NCBI RefSeq assembly: GCF_000315625.1
Contig: NW_005434666.1
Location: 481,877-545,876, forward strand
From: Guillardia theta CCMP2712
Lineage: Eukaryota; Protista; Cryptophyta
Direction: 5' to 3'
Length of the DNA: 64,000 nucleotides
A model generated the notes under the pieces. The model saw nothing but the letters and a program-made list of their open reading frames with translations, was not told where the DNA came from and searched no databases. Each line of letters begins with the position of its first letter. Within the stretch, counting starts at the first letter, position 1. Made by a program: the position numbers and the translations under genes. Positions 11,900 to 24,161 of the stretch are shown here, in pieces.

Positions 11900-14800
11900 T
11901 TTGGAACTTGTTCATCATCATCGAGAAGCCTGTCTCTCCTCGTCACCCTCTAGCCGCTCGCAGCCACAAGTCTCACCGCTCGTCACAAGTTGCTTCCCCT
12001 TAGATGCCGACGAGCCTGCGTCAGCATGAGCGCGATCACCTTCCTCCTCCCTCCCTCACTTGCTGTCTCCTTCAAATCCTGCAGTTTGCTGCCCATCGAG
12101 GACGGGCCGGACTTAGGAGGAGTTGTGGAAGCGGCGGCTGGGAGTTCACAATCAAATTTACGCGTCTCTCGAACTCTCCACAAACCTTCTTCAGTCTCTT
12201 TCTGTTCCATCCTGCGATCCTGCCAATCCTTGAGTACCTCCCCATGTGCCATCACTGATGTACCTCTACTTTCTCTCCCTCCTGCTCCTCCTGCCCGGGG
12301 CTCCGCCTATCAAGCAAGGGCAACGTCATGGCCTTCACCTCCTCTCACGTCCCTCACATGATGGTAGACTTCACTTTGCTCGACATCCCTGACAGGCCCT
12401 GCAGGAGTTTGGCTCCAGCTGTGCTCCCGAGGTCCGCAGTCTTCTCGAGTCCGCTCTTGACCTTGTGGGGGGTCAGACGGGCGACAAGAGACACGTGCGG
12501 GGGTATCGCATTACCCCGCTCATCATCGAGGAGATAGCGCCCTTCTCTTGCTCCTGCTCCTTGGCTGGCGTCTCTTCCGGTACTTGTCGCTTGATATTCA
12601 TCTCTTTGCGCATCTTCCAAGAAAATCAAATAAACCAACTCTGATGCCGCCAAGGAGAAGTTGGAAGGAGGGGAGCAACCGTTTGCAACTCAACCCTCTC
12701 GATCGCAACAACTCACTCTCCATATCTCTCTGCAACTCCATCGCTACCTCACATCCCTGCTCGCCTCACCGCAAGCCCCTCCTCCAACAAACCCCTCCCA
12801 ACTCACCTGCTCCGCCATCTTCTCGCGCTCTGCGCGTTTCTCATGCAACCTCTCCTTGGCCTTCATGTCCGAGCTCTGCAGCTCATCAACGTGGGTAGCA
12901 GCGCAGGGAGTTGTCCTCACCTTGAGAGCATCCGGGATGAAACTTTTCTTCTTCTCCTCTGCATTTTCACTTCGCTGCCCCTCCGCCTCGTTCTCCTTCT
13001 TCGTGCCGAACTTGTCAAACTTTTCCTCGACGCTGGAGACAAACTTGTCGATGCCGAGCGATTCCTGACAGAGAGGTGAGGAGCGAATGGGAGTAAAACC
13101 GCCATGCTGACCGATGCGCTCGAAAGTTTGGAGGAGATGACTGCGCCTACCCAAAACGATGAGTAGATGAGGTGACGCAGACAGGAGAAAAGAGGAGAAA
13201 GGAGACAGGTATTGCTGCTGGTAGCAATGGTAGCAGAAAGAACAGGAGGAGGAGGAGTACCTGCTATCTTGTCCATGTGTCACTCTTCTCGAAGAATTAC
13301 GATGTATGATATTGCATTCACTGTGTTCAAGTTAGGAGAGCAAAGAACAGAGCAACACGCATTCACAGTTATCCTTCCCTCCTTCCCTCCATAAATCCTC
13401 TCCTCCTCCTCCTCCTCCTCCTCCTCCTCCCTCCTTCCTTCCTCCCTTCCTTCCTGCCTCTCCCTCCTTCGACCCCGACACTTCCCACCGCACTCCTTTC
13501 TCTGCCATTTTCCACTAAAAGTCAATTTTTGTTGCTTTTCCCCCAGTTCTTGGAATTTCTTCACTCCAACCAGCTACACTGCTATCGCTTCCTCCTCCTC
13601 CGCTTCCTCCTTCGTGCTGCTCTGATCCTCTCTCGTCCTCTTCCTAGGAGTACCCGTCTCACTTGACTCTCTGTTTCCCTACGTCCTTGCTCCGTGTGCC
13701 TTAGTCGCGACATGGACGGGTAGCAGTGGGTCGAAACAGGAGACGCAATGAACAGAATGAGCACGTGAAGTACCGATCCTTTTGGTTCGAAGAGATCCTT
13801 GGGGGCATCGAGACCCTCCTGTGTGAGAGAGTATTGTCATATCCGAAATGGAGCAATCAAACGAGAAAAAGCGACAGAATGAGGAGGTCTGACTTGCATC
13901 TAGCAGTGTTGTCGTGAAGAGAATGATGCGGGTGGCAGGGTCAAGATGGGAACGACTACAACAGTGCTGAGGCCTGGCAGGAGTGGGAAGAAGAAATGAA
14001 ACAGTATGAAGGATGGGAAACACACGCGAACCACAGCCTGTCAGTGACCAGCAAGAGAGCCAGAACTGACGGGTATGGACAAAGCTCGCAGGTGACATGA
14101 GCTTTCTTCTCTTATCTCGCACCTCCATCTGCATTCTCATACTTTCATCCAATTATCTACCTCCTTTCCCACTGTCCCTTGGATTGATGAAGTGTGCTTC
14201 AGGTCAAGGATGTACTTGTTAGCCAACTGCTCGAAGATGTTGAAGCTCGCACAATGATTGTAGAGACCCTGGTGGAAGCTGGTGTGGATACAGACATCAT
14301 CCAGAGTTTATTCTCCCAGCACATCAGGACCTTTGTGCTGCAGAAGCAATCTAACTCGAGCCAAGGCGGAAGAATCTACCTGGTGCATGATCCCGAGAGA
14401 AACTTGCACGTGTCTGTTTTCGGTTGGTGCAGATTCAGAAAGTGAAGCACGATTCCTTGTGAGCGCTCATCTCTCATACAAGTTCTCAGAGCCGACATAG
14501 ATGTCCTCGCTCACCATGGCCCCTTCATCGAGTTGGGTGCTGGAAGGCAATCTCCTCTTCTTCATCATGACGCGCCTGCGTTGCTCACAGCAGTCGCAGC
14601 GGCTGGCTGGCGTTCCTGCTGAGGCAACGAGGACAAGACATCGAGGCTTACGACAGCAAAGAGCAGGTATGACCTCCTCTTCCTCCTCCAGTGACCTGGT
14701 GTGATACGAGTCACGGTGATAGGAGGACGGCACTTTCATCGCTGAGTGGCAGAGGTGCACACTGCCCTCCTACTCGTACGACCTCGTGCTCACCATGAGC

Positions 14801-15260
14801 AGGTGGCCATGGAGTGACGCAGTGACGGCTGGATCGGTAAATGCCGGCTCTGTTGGGACTTGAGGATGAAACGTCCTCAGTTTGAAAAGCTCGAATCTGC
14901 CGATGAGGGCCGGAGCCTCATCCTGTGGGTGACACGGCTCGTGAATCCTCCGCTGATCCTACCAAGGTGCTGGCCGGACATGGGATCCGACTTCGCCATT
15001 TCTTGTCTGCGGCGATTCAAGGGTTCGCCACTTTGTTCCGATGAAACGTCGGCAACTCTAAATCTCCCCTGCAGGGAAGAAGCTGGTATTGACCCGCCTC
15101 CTGTTCGCCGAGTCGACATCTCTGACAGAGCACGAAGATCTACATAGGTGAAGACGCCGGTGGAGAAACGGCAGATGATGATTTCTTCCGAGAGATTTCC
15201 AGCAAGTGGCAACTGACGGTATGTGCTAATGCACTCCATGTTCACGTACTCATGCACCAT
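11900..15260 (-). CDS. hypothetical protein(s), multi-exon, partly coiled-coil; may be more than one gene
   Basis: Coding-like minus-strand exons at about 11983-12255, 12354-12653, 12805-13065, 14467-14760 and 14877-15260; no domain recognised. Confidence 0.4.
13401..13430. repeat. (TCC)n microsatellite
   Basis: tcc repeated about 10 times. Confidence 0.9.
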
Positions 15261-15556
15261 CCTTGGTTAGTCAAAACATGAACTGGACAGAAGATCAGAT
15301 GCAAAGGATCACATCTGCGTTTATGTGTTGAAATAAGAAGTCGATCTAAGGCAGAAACCAAATGTACAGAACAACGTGCTTTTCGAAAACCAAGCATTTT
15401 GTTTACTGAGAATCATATCACACCGTACATGTATAGAATTAAGAAACTAAAATCTCCAACACCCTAAAATCTGCGATTCACTGAAGTGTTCAAAAAAATC
15501 ATCACTGAGATCATTCCTTGTGTAGAACTGCGCAGAGACCCGCCAAGATGACAAAT

Positions 15557-16014
15557 TTAGCTGGACATCAGACCCATGGCGTTGATGTTGGCGGCGCTGA
15601 AAAAAATGGTCAGTACAAGCAAAGAATTCTGAAACATCAAGGCTAAAGCAGCTCTCTTGATTAACGACACATGGGATCCAACCATACAGCAGACACGTAA
15701 ACCGATCGAATTTTGTGAAACATGATAAACGAAAAGACACAAAAGGAACAATGAAACAATAAAAGAAACGAGGACAGGTCCACAATAAATGTTGATCAAT
15801 GCGGCGGGCAGCGCACGCTGATCATTACAAAGCAGGAGACAGGGAATAAAGGTCAAAAATCAACGACAGCAGGAGCCATGAAGTGAATTACTGCAAGAGA
15901 TCGCACTTACTTGCTAATTCCACCAGATCCCGCGAATCCGACCGGGCTGGAAGCCTGGTTGGAGGCGTCGGCGTAGGAGTGGGAGGAGAAGACGTTGGAG
16001 ATGGTTCCGAACAT
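15557..16014 (-). CDS. 47-aa two-exon small protein MFGTISNVFSSHSYADASNQASSPVGFAGSGGISNAANINAMGLMSS; candidate ejectisome ribbon (Tri/ejectisin-like) peptide
   Basis: gctgccATG at 16014; exon 1 16014-15911; GTAAGT donor; 314-nt intron with TACTGAC branch site and TTTTTTTCAG acceptor; exon 2 15596-15557 in frame to TAA; strongly C-ending codons; TATAAA at 16054-16049. The family assignment is inference. Confidence 0.8.
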
Positions 16015-16427
16015 GGCAGCAGCTGACGCGTCTGTCCTCCTTGAGAAGTTTATAAGGCCTCCTTAAAATCCTTTAAAAATTTAATTGTACTCCAATGCCG
16101 TTTTATGTACCTTAATGTACCAGAGTTGACTCGTTCTAGCTGTGCTGCATGTATAGCTTGTACACTCTCAAAAAGAGTATTACAGTACAAATGTCCAAAA
16201 CAATATTTTTAATTTTCCATTTTATCGTACATCTCATGTGCACACCCTACAGACCAGTGTCCAGATACAGTACAAAATGTGTCCGTTTTAAAATAGTTTA
16301 AAACAACAATATCTTTTTAGGATCCATCAACGGGGTATTTTACTTTACATTCTTTTTTCCTTCTTTTCTTTTTGGTCGTCGCCTGTTCTTGTCTGTCTTT
16401 TTTTCCAGAAATAGAAATGATCTATTT

Positions 16428-16510
16428 CCGGCGGCCTCCTTCCGACTCATCCGCCTCGCGGGGCCCGGGCCCGGCCACTTCCGGGCCGGCCCTCGGGCCT
16501 CACTTCGGAG
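16428..16510. promoter_or_regulatory. GC-rich island in a divergent promoter
   Basis: ggggcccgggcccggcc...ccgggccggccctcgggcc between the small-peptide gene (-) and the hydrolase (+). Confidence 0.5.
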
Positions 16511-16741
16511 TAATTTACTGAGTTATCGTCGCCCGACAGCCAGGAATGATGCCAGCGCAAGATGGCAGTGACGGCATGTAGTTGTAGCGGCTCTGATTGC
16601 TGTCCTCTTGTTCTCGTTGACCTTGCATCCTTCCTCTCCTCTCCCTTTCCCTCTCTTCGCAAGAACTTGCAATAGCTCTATCCCCTGCAAATGCATACCT
16701 CTGAGATGAAGAAGCTGTAGGCCATTGTTGAAGGGGGCAGG

Positions 16742-18426
16742 ATGGGCTTACCTGGGACACATTTCACAGTGATCTTAATCTTGAGCAGTTGTTTCATTCC
16801 TATCTTAAGATCAAAGAATGTTCTCGTAAGAATCTTTGCGAGCCTTGTCTTTGTTTGGGCTTTTATCTGTCCATTCCTCACTCCCTTGGTGATACCACTG
16901 CACACACAAGAAGACGAGGTTCACTTCATATCCTGTCCTGATGGATGGCGAATCAACCTTGCTCGATACAGACCTGTTGGATCCTATGCCGGTGAAAGAA
17001 AGCAATCTACTACTGCACCAGTGATTCTGTGCCATGGAGCTTTCGCGAACCGGGTGACCTACGATCTTGGAGAAGGTTATCCGTCTCTTGCCACGTATTT
17101 GGCAGAGAAAGGTCACGACGTGTGGGTCCTCGAGCTAAGAGGACATGGCCGCAGTCACACTAAACCCGGTTGGCTCTATACGACGCTTTCTCAAGGCATG
17201 AACGAAGGCGGGAGCTGGTCGATAATGAAATACATTGAAGTCGACCTGCCGGCTGCAGTGCAGTACGTGAGGAATCACACAGGCGCAAAGAAAGTTCATT
17301 GGGTTGGGCACAGCATGGGCGGCATCATTCTTTACAGTTGGCTGGGCCTGGCTATGGGCAACACTCAAGACTTCGCGTCAATAGTGACCCTTGGAAGTGC
17401 TCTAGATCACAGCATGGAGCGTCAAAACGACATTGACAAGGGGGTTGAGCCAGGAAACATGAATTCGACTTATCACGTCTTGTATGTTCCACGGTCGTTG
17501 CGGTCACCAGGGATGGCTCCTTTTGGTTGGGCTTGTGCACTCCTCGCCCCACTTGGGGGCACCTTTCTAGACCTTTTCCTAGGCTTTCAATATAGTCCAT
17601 CATCGATCCGTAGGGTGTGTTGATGTCCTAAGCTCGATTGCAGCATGCATTGACTTTCTTTCAAGGATATCGCCAGACGACTTCTTGCTCACAACTTCGA
17701 AGCAGAACCATGGCAGGTAACGAAGTGCAAGACCATTGTGTCAACTGCGTTCTTGATGCCAGAAGTTTACTCCTTGGTACAAAATGATTAAATGCAGGTG
17801 GTTTTTGAGATACACACGGTTTTCAGCAAGAAGTATGGTATGCTACATCCCGTAACAAAAGAGCCTCTGCTTCCTCTTCTCAACCATTCGCTTCCGGTAT
17901 GTTGGAGATTTTAGGAGAACAGTTCTTGAGAACATACGTGAAGGTACCTTTGCTGGCCTTTGCTGGAGCTTGTGATCATCAATTCACACCCGATGCTGTC
18001 AAACGTACAGCCTACCACCTTGCAGCACTGGACGACCAACAGGTGATTTCTTCGATGGGGAAACCACTGGAAAATCTTATCCTGTCGAATCGGAATCAGC
18101 ACGTCAAGATGATTGTCCCTGGCGAGGGTACTGAGGTATGTTACGGGCACTATGACATGCTGATAGGACCGAGGTATACAATCGCAATGAAACGTAAACA
18201 GGCTGAGAATGTATGTAGGGCTGAGGAGCATGTCTTTGCACCCCTTGAGAACTGGTTAAACGAGGTTGATGAAGGGCAACATTGGTACAGTCAGGACGAT
18301 CTACAGGTGACGTGCACGATAGAAATGCCTCACGTAGTGATCACGTAGTGACGTTTTGAATTTATTTCAACCGCATAGAAATGTGCGAGGAGCAAGAAAG
18401 TGAGAGATTCTCACATCACGGTATGA
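16742..18426 (+). CDS. alpha/beta-fold hydrolase (lipase/esterase-like) with hydrophobic N-terminus
   Basis: PVILCHG, DVWVLELRGHGRS, nucleophile WVGHSMGG, later LLAFAGACD and YGHYDMLIG (Ser-Asp-His triad); several short introns. Confidence 0.9.
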
Positions 18427-18615
18427 CTTCTTGTGATCCTGCAGTCCAAGAAACAAAAAATTAAATCTAACTTAAACAGATGCTTGCAATATTGCAGTTA
18501 ACGCTAATTGAGACATCATGACTGTTGATACGAATTCCTCTTTCAATGTTGTCCAATTTATCATCTGTGAAACCCCTTTCTTGGTCGATGACGTTGATTT
18601 GTGATGAAGTTTTCC

Positions 18616-19522
18616 TCATCGTGTCAGGCTTGCTAGCTGTGCGACATCTTCGAATTCTCCGGAGAGGGGAGCAGGTATCAACAGGCCCTTGACTTCCGCA
18701 CGCTCTTCGAGAGAGAGAACATTGAGCGCAGAACCCTCATCTTCCAGACTGTACTTATCAAACAGATTCTTGTAGTCGTCGTCACCGAGCAAAACAGCTT
18801 TAGTGATTCCAAGCTTTCCTGGATACGGGGGAGGTTTGGCATGCTTGCGGACTTTGTTCTTGTCTCGAAGCTGCAGTTCCTTTTCTTTGAGCAAGGTTTC
18901 GACGTTCACCTCAAGCATCCCGATCATATCATCCTTCGATATGAAGTCTTTGTCCCAGCACTCGAGCAGGAACATCCTTTGAAGATCATTCCCGCACAGC
19001 TTGTTCAAGTCAACCTCGAAAGGCTTCCATACCGGATTGAGCTCGTTCTTAATCACTTCCGTACGGAAGACCTCTTCACCTGACGGCGATCTGAAAACAA
19101 GGTAGGGGTCGCTCTTTCCTCCGAGCAGCACCGAATCCTTTGCATCTAAGTCCATTCCTCTCATGGTGAGGAAAATTTTCCTCTCCTGAGATGTTGCGCT
19201 GTCACCTTCACGCCTTATTTCAATCTCAAACGTCCTTCCTCCTCTTCCACACAGCAATTTCACAGTTGATCCAACAGGCCCCCCCATGATTACGGCGAAT
19301 TGTTGCAGAGTTTTCCCTTTCAGTGGCAGCCCGTTTGCCATGATGATCTAACGGAGCAAGGGATCAGCGGAGAACCTATCGAGACGATTTACTCACCACA
19401 TCACCGACAGCAACTCCACCATGCTTCTCGGCTGCCGAGCCCTCCTTGATTGCGATCACCTTCATCCCATCTTCTGCCTCCTCTGCTGTTATGCCAACCC
19501 TGCCCATTTGCGCGGCCGCCAT
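18616..19522 (-). CDS. PDZ + C2 domain protein (copine C2B-like C2)
   Basis: Exon 1 MAAAQMGRVGITAEE..GMKVIAIKEGSAAEKHGGVAVGDV/IIMANG...GPVGSTVKL (PDZ); then LDAKD..GGKSDPYLVF...RTEVIKNELNPVWKPF...ECWDKD..SKDDMIG (C2). Confidence 0.9.
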
Positions 19523-19592
19523 GGTCTGTTGCTCCTTGCGACTCAAGATGTCTGATCGTTAGCCTTGATTGTGCTCTTGTGCTTGTTGCTCG

Positions 19593-19787
19593 CTCTCTCT
19601 CAGATAGATGATACCTGCTCTTCTCTCTCTCAGATGATACCTGCTCTTCTCTCTCTCAGATGATACCTGCTCTTCTCTCTCTCAGATGATACCTGCTCTT
19701 CTCTCTCTCAGATGATACCTGCTCTTCTCTCTCTCAGATGATACCTGCTCTTCTCTGTCTCAGATGATACCTGCTCTTATCTCTCTC
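19593..19787. repeat. 26-bp minisatellite, about 7 copies (CAGATGATACCTGCTCTTCTCTCTCT)
   Basis: Unit starts at 19605 (variant), 19631, 19657, 19683, 19709, 19735, 19761. Confidence 0.95.
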
Positions 19788-20048
19788 CCTCCAAGCCCTC
19801 GCTAACTAGTAACGTCAATGTTTGTCGTCTGCCCCGGGACCCTTTTCCTACCACCGTCGGGGTTCACAATTCTTGTTTGAAAGAAAGTTACCATTTTTCA
19901 TAACTAGTTCTCTAATTTTCAATTTTGATGTGAGTAAATTGGAGCACTCGTTGCAAAGTTTTGTCAACTACAGCATTGGGAGTAAGCTAATTGTCTTTTT
20001 GCTTTCGGGTCGAGCTCGGTTTCCGGGGTCCCCGAAGGGGCGGCAACA

Positions 20049-21230
20049 ATGCTGCCTAGAAATGTGGCGATGGTGGCGGCAAGTGGGGCAGGGGTCTTGA
20101 TCCTCCTCCTCCTGATAGGTCGTGGAGGATTATCCTCGAGGCAGCATGGCAGGGTGAGTGATTCATCGCCTCGTGCTACGCTCGTCTTTGCTGATCTGCT
20201 TCACAGAGACGCGCCCTCATGGAGAAATGGGTCAGAGTCCCCCGGGTCGTTTACCTCAAGCAGAACTTCATCTGCTGCTCTGTTGAGTCGGCTCCTTCCT
20301 CTGGTGTCTCCAGCATCTGCCCCTGCGTCACCACGACTGAAAGTCCCAAGCCGGTGGAGGATCCTTTCAGGTTTTACGACTGGTGAGATTGGGAGAATTG
20401 CAAGGTTAAAGCGAAGAGATGGTGATTGACGATGATCAGGTACTTTCAAACTGATCCCGAGCTCATTCCATACTATCCGGAGCATGTGAACCCTAGCGAG
20501 GTTCGTCTTTTCACGATAGAATTATCAGCGTCCCCTGATGGATAGGTGCAGTGTGATCTTCAGTCGATCGACTATAGCGATGTTCCTTGTCCTAACTCCC
20601 CGCTCATTCAACCTCCTCCATTCTGGGGAGAACTTCCGCAGGCAAACGATATGTAATGGAAACTTATCTGTGGAGAGCTTGTCTGACAACCTCGTGCGAA
20701 GACCAAGTGCAGCTGCTGCCGAGGATGTCGGGGTTCAAGGTGCTGGGGGGCAAGGCGCGGAAGCGGCTGCAGCAGGCAGCAACAGCCGTGCGCAGGGTGC
20801 AAACCCATCACAGCCGGTACTGGAAGGTCCTCATGCTCATTATTCTGTTGACCTTGGTCTTCCTCCTTCAGAGTTCTGTCAGCATGGGGTCGGTTTCAGC
20901 GGCAATGACCACGTTCAAACCTGGTGACTCGTGGGATTGTTTGATGGAAGAGCTCACGTCCCGCCAGGTCAACATGACACCTTCACCTCAGCTCCGCTGG
21001 GTCGCGTTCAATGGAGTCAGCAGGGGGAGCCGCTGGTGGCGTCGGTAGGGACAACAGCTTTTCAGTGTGGGACAGGTGCTGACAAAAGTCTGCAGCAACC
21101 CATCATTTTCCATACCAAAGATTTTAACGTACATTCGTCGAAGAAATGAAGATTAGGATGACTGCTGACAGCCAAGGATACGACTGGCCAAAGTTTGTCA
21201 TCAAGCTAGATTGTAATATGTGATACTTAT
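20049..21230 (+). CDS. hypothetical membrane-anchored/secreted protein, multi-exon
   Basis: ATG followed by hydrophobic GAGVLILLLLIG and a GTGAGT donor; downstream exon structure unresolved. Confidence 0.4.
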
Positions 21231-21580
21231 TCTTTAACAAAACATCGTAACGCAAGTGAAAGCGCTTACCAAGAATGTTGTCTATCAACTCTGCTTTAGC
21301 AAGCTATGTGAGATGAACTTCACAGATGAGAGCGAGACAAAATGTCATCACATTGCTTACGACATGAGTGAATGAGTTGGTTACAAGGTAGCAAACCTGG
21401 CAGTGCTGGCGTCATCTCCTTTGTGTTCAGCATCATGCGTTCGACGGGATCGCTCAAGATGGCCCTATATGCACCTCCACGCAGTCCAGGGAAGGCGAGT
21501 ACACTGCAAGTTTGAATCATTTTGGTCTATTGGAAACTTACAGATGTCTAAGAGTTCTAAAATTACAGAGCAAAGAGAAA

Positions 21581-23865
21581 TCAGACTCGGATCCTGAGGA
21601 GGCCTCGGAGCCGCATGTACAGGCAAGTGAAGATGATCATTAAGATGGTCAGAATCGAGACCCCTATGGAATTCTGGAGAAAAGTCCAACTCGGACCTGA
21701 GAGCACATCTCCACTCAGTCAACGTCAGCAACGCCTCATGCTTGCATGCCTAGGTTCTTGTCGTTGTCGTACTGATCCACCGGGTAGAAAGGAGGAGTGA
21801 AATTGACGCCCTGCAAGGAGATGAATGCAATGGAGGGGCTCAGGAGGAAATGAGAAGGGGACCTTGTTCATGGGACCCGACAGATCAAATTTCAACCCCG
21901 ACCACAAATTCATGCCTGCAACTTGATCATCATCCATCAACAGCAGCTGACGTTATAACCAAAGATGCCGGCGATTGCCGTGGGGAACCCGAGGAAGGAT
22001 AAAATCATGTGGAAGAAAGCGTTTGCAATGAAGGTGTTCTTCTGCACATTTTCTGTGGGTCGATGAATCATTCACAAGCACTGAGCATCTATTGCCTTCC
22101 TACCAAGTCGCAGATTGAGCAGATCTTCTGTGGCATCGATTTGTTTAATGATTCGCGTCAACCTGTGAAGGAATTTCAGTCAGCAGCTCCACTACTTGTC
22201 GCAAATCACCTCGAATTGAGATTGCCGAGCTCGTACGCGTAGGTATCGAGGAGAACCTCAATGTGATCAGTGTAACTCTTTCCGGGACCATTCAGCAGCA
22301 TCGAATCGATCCTCTATCGCATGCGAGCATTTGGTAAATCACATACAACAAGGCAATCAAGATCAAGATCGCCAGGGCTACCTCGGTGTCGTTGTACATT
22401 TCAGTCAAGTTCATCAACGCCATGAGCTGATCGTCTTTCTGAACCCTCTCCAGCTCATCTTTAGCTACCTGCACCTGCTGCACTGCCTTTTGAGGTCTGG
22501 GAGTCAGGTGCAAGTGATCGGCGACGAGGCAACACCTGTGCCACACGAGTCTTCAAGACATACATCTCATTGAGCATGGATGCTGTGACTGCCGACTTCA
22601 AGCTTTTCAGCTGAACTTTACAATCTTGCGAGCAGCTGTCCACAGCAGTCGTATGAACTTGAACAAACACGAGCAGGATTGCTTCCAAAACTTTGAGCTC
22701 AAATGGGAGATTGACCTGATACAAGGTTCAGATGACAGCTGCATGATACGAAATGTTCAACTTTTCCACCTGCTTGTCCTGAGGTTCTTCACGGAGTTTT
22801 GCAAGCAGGTGAATGAGCTGTGTGTCATCACCATCAGGGAAAACAAAGATGGCCTTCTTGCAGGTGATCTGGCCAGTTCGACTCAAAGCATGAACCCATG
22901 GTCACTTGTTACCAGTGCACGAATAGACGAAAAACTGATTACGAAAACTCCTCGACGAATCAAGAGCGTTGGCTCTGCTACACACAGCAGGGTACGGACG
23001 TCTCGAAGTTGAAGGACTGACCCGAGCGGCGCTGCAAAAGGCTGGTCAGGCCATGCAGCTGGTCGGATCACAGCAAAGAAGAACTTCGCAGAAGAGGAAA
23101 GAATGGCACGAGGAGGAGGAATAGTCTCGGACGCGCCGAGACAAAGGGCAAGCAAAGGAAACGCTCGGAACAAACTTTGCCCACCTGTCCGATTTGCTGC
23201 CTCCTTCTCGGGATCTTGCGATTTCGAGCGATTTTCTCTTGAGATCGACCTGGAGGTATGGGAGCTTCCCGTCCCCGTGTGGAGACCCGTGGGCGTGCTA
23301 TGGCTACGAGAACCCTCCAGCTTCTGGGACAAGTCCGGGCTAAGATCCTGCAGGTGGGAGCGCAGCACGTCCCCTCCATGGTTCCTGGAGTTTGCATGCC
23401 GAAGGAGCTCCGATCTGTGATAAGACACACCGATTAGAAGCATGCTCCCTCCCTCCCTCTCGAGGTCAATCGATTGGACGCTCCTGCTCCGTACCTGCTC
23501 GAATCTTTGTTGTAGGAGAACTCGCGGACGAATCGTTTGCACTCCGCGAGGAGAGAGTGCCTGTGAAGAGGTCAACACGTTCATACGGGCGATGTTCTAC
23601 ATCAAGTGTAATGTGAAGCAAAATCGGTCAACCTGTTCATCTGAAGCTTCTCAGACAAGGTCAGATCAGGGAAGAGTTGTAACACTTCCATGAATTCGTT
23701 CTCTCTTCCTCTCTGTTCGAGCAGTCTCTGCAACACATCCAGGCTCGTCTGCTGCTGGAACGGCATGCTCATTCTATCAGCTTGCATCCTCTTCTTCAGT
23801 GCCCTCAGCTTCCCCGCCATCCTCCCTCGAAGGCCCCCGCGCTCGCCCACTTCCTCGATCGCCAT
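21581..23865 (-). CDS. MRS2/CorA-family Mg2+ transporter
   Basis: LQLRDVR..EPTLLIRRG..SIRALV, LPFELKVLEAIL, LMALMNLT, HIEVLLDTY, IDATEDLLNLRL, TM1 ending AGIFG/MNL (GMN signature split by an intron), C-terminal TM2. Confidence 0.92.
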
Positions 23866-23907
23866 TGTAATGCCTTCCCCTGAACTAAACCGGAAACCTA
23901 CAACACT

Positions 23908-24030
23908 ACCGACCCGGTCGGACCGCCTGATCGGACCGTCGGCCGGGCGGCCGGCCGGCCCCGGCCCGCGGCCGATCGGACTCGGAGTCCGAGCAATGGC
24001 GGTCACCGGTGGCACCGACTGCGGCGGCAC
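23908..24030. promoter_or_regulatory. GC-rich island immediately upstream of the MRS2-like gene
   Basis: tcggaccg x2, ggccgggcggccggccggccccggcccgcggccgatcggactcggagtccg, ggtcaccgg. Confidence 0.55.
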
Positions 24031-24161
24031 GAAGCAACTTTGATTTGATACCACCGTTACATTATCACTTTTTACAACCGAACAACAGGACAGGGTAAAG
24101 AACGTTTAGAACTTCGGGTTGACTCCACATTAATGGCAACGCAAAACTTGATCTTCAGTCG

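Noticed and set aside
15891-15910. 20-nt GT..AG mini-intron alternative for the small-peptide gene
   Set aside because: It gives an early stop with unbiased codons; the distal acceptor at 15597 has a branch site, a pyrimidine tract and matching codon bias
19593-19787. CRISPR-like appearance of the 26-bp repeat
   Set aside because: Head-to-tail units with no unique spacers, no cas genes, eukaryotic context
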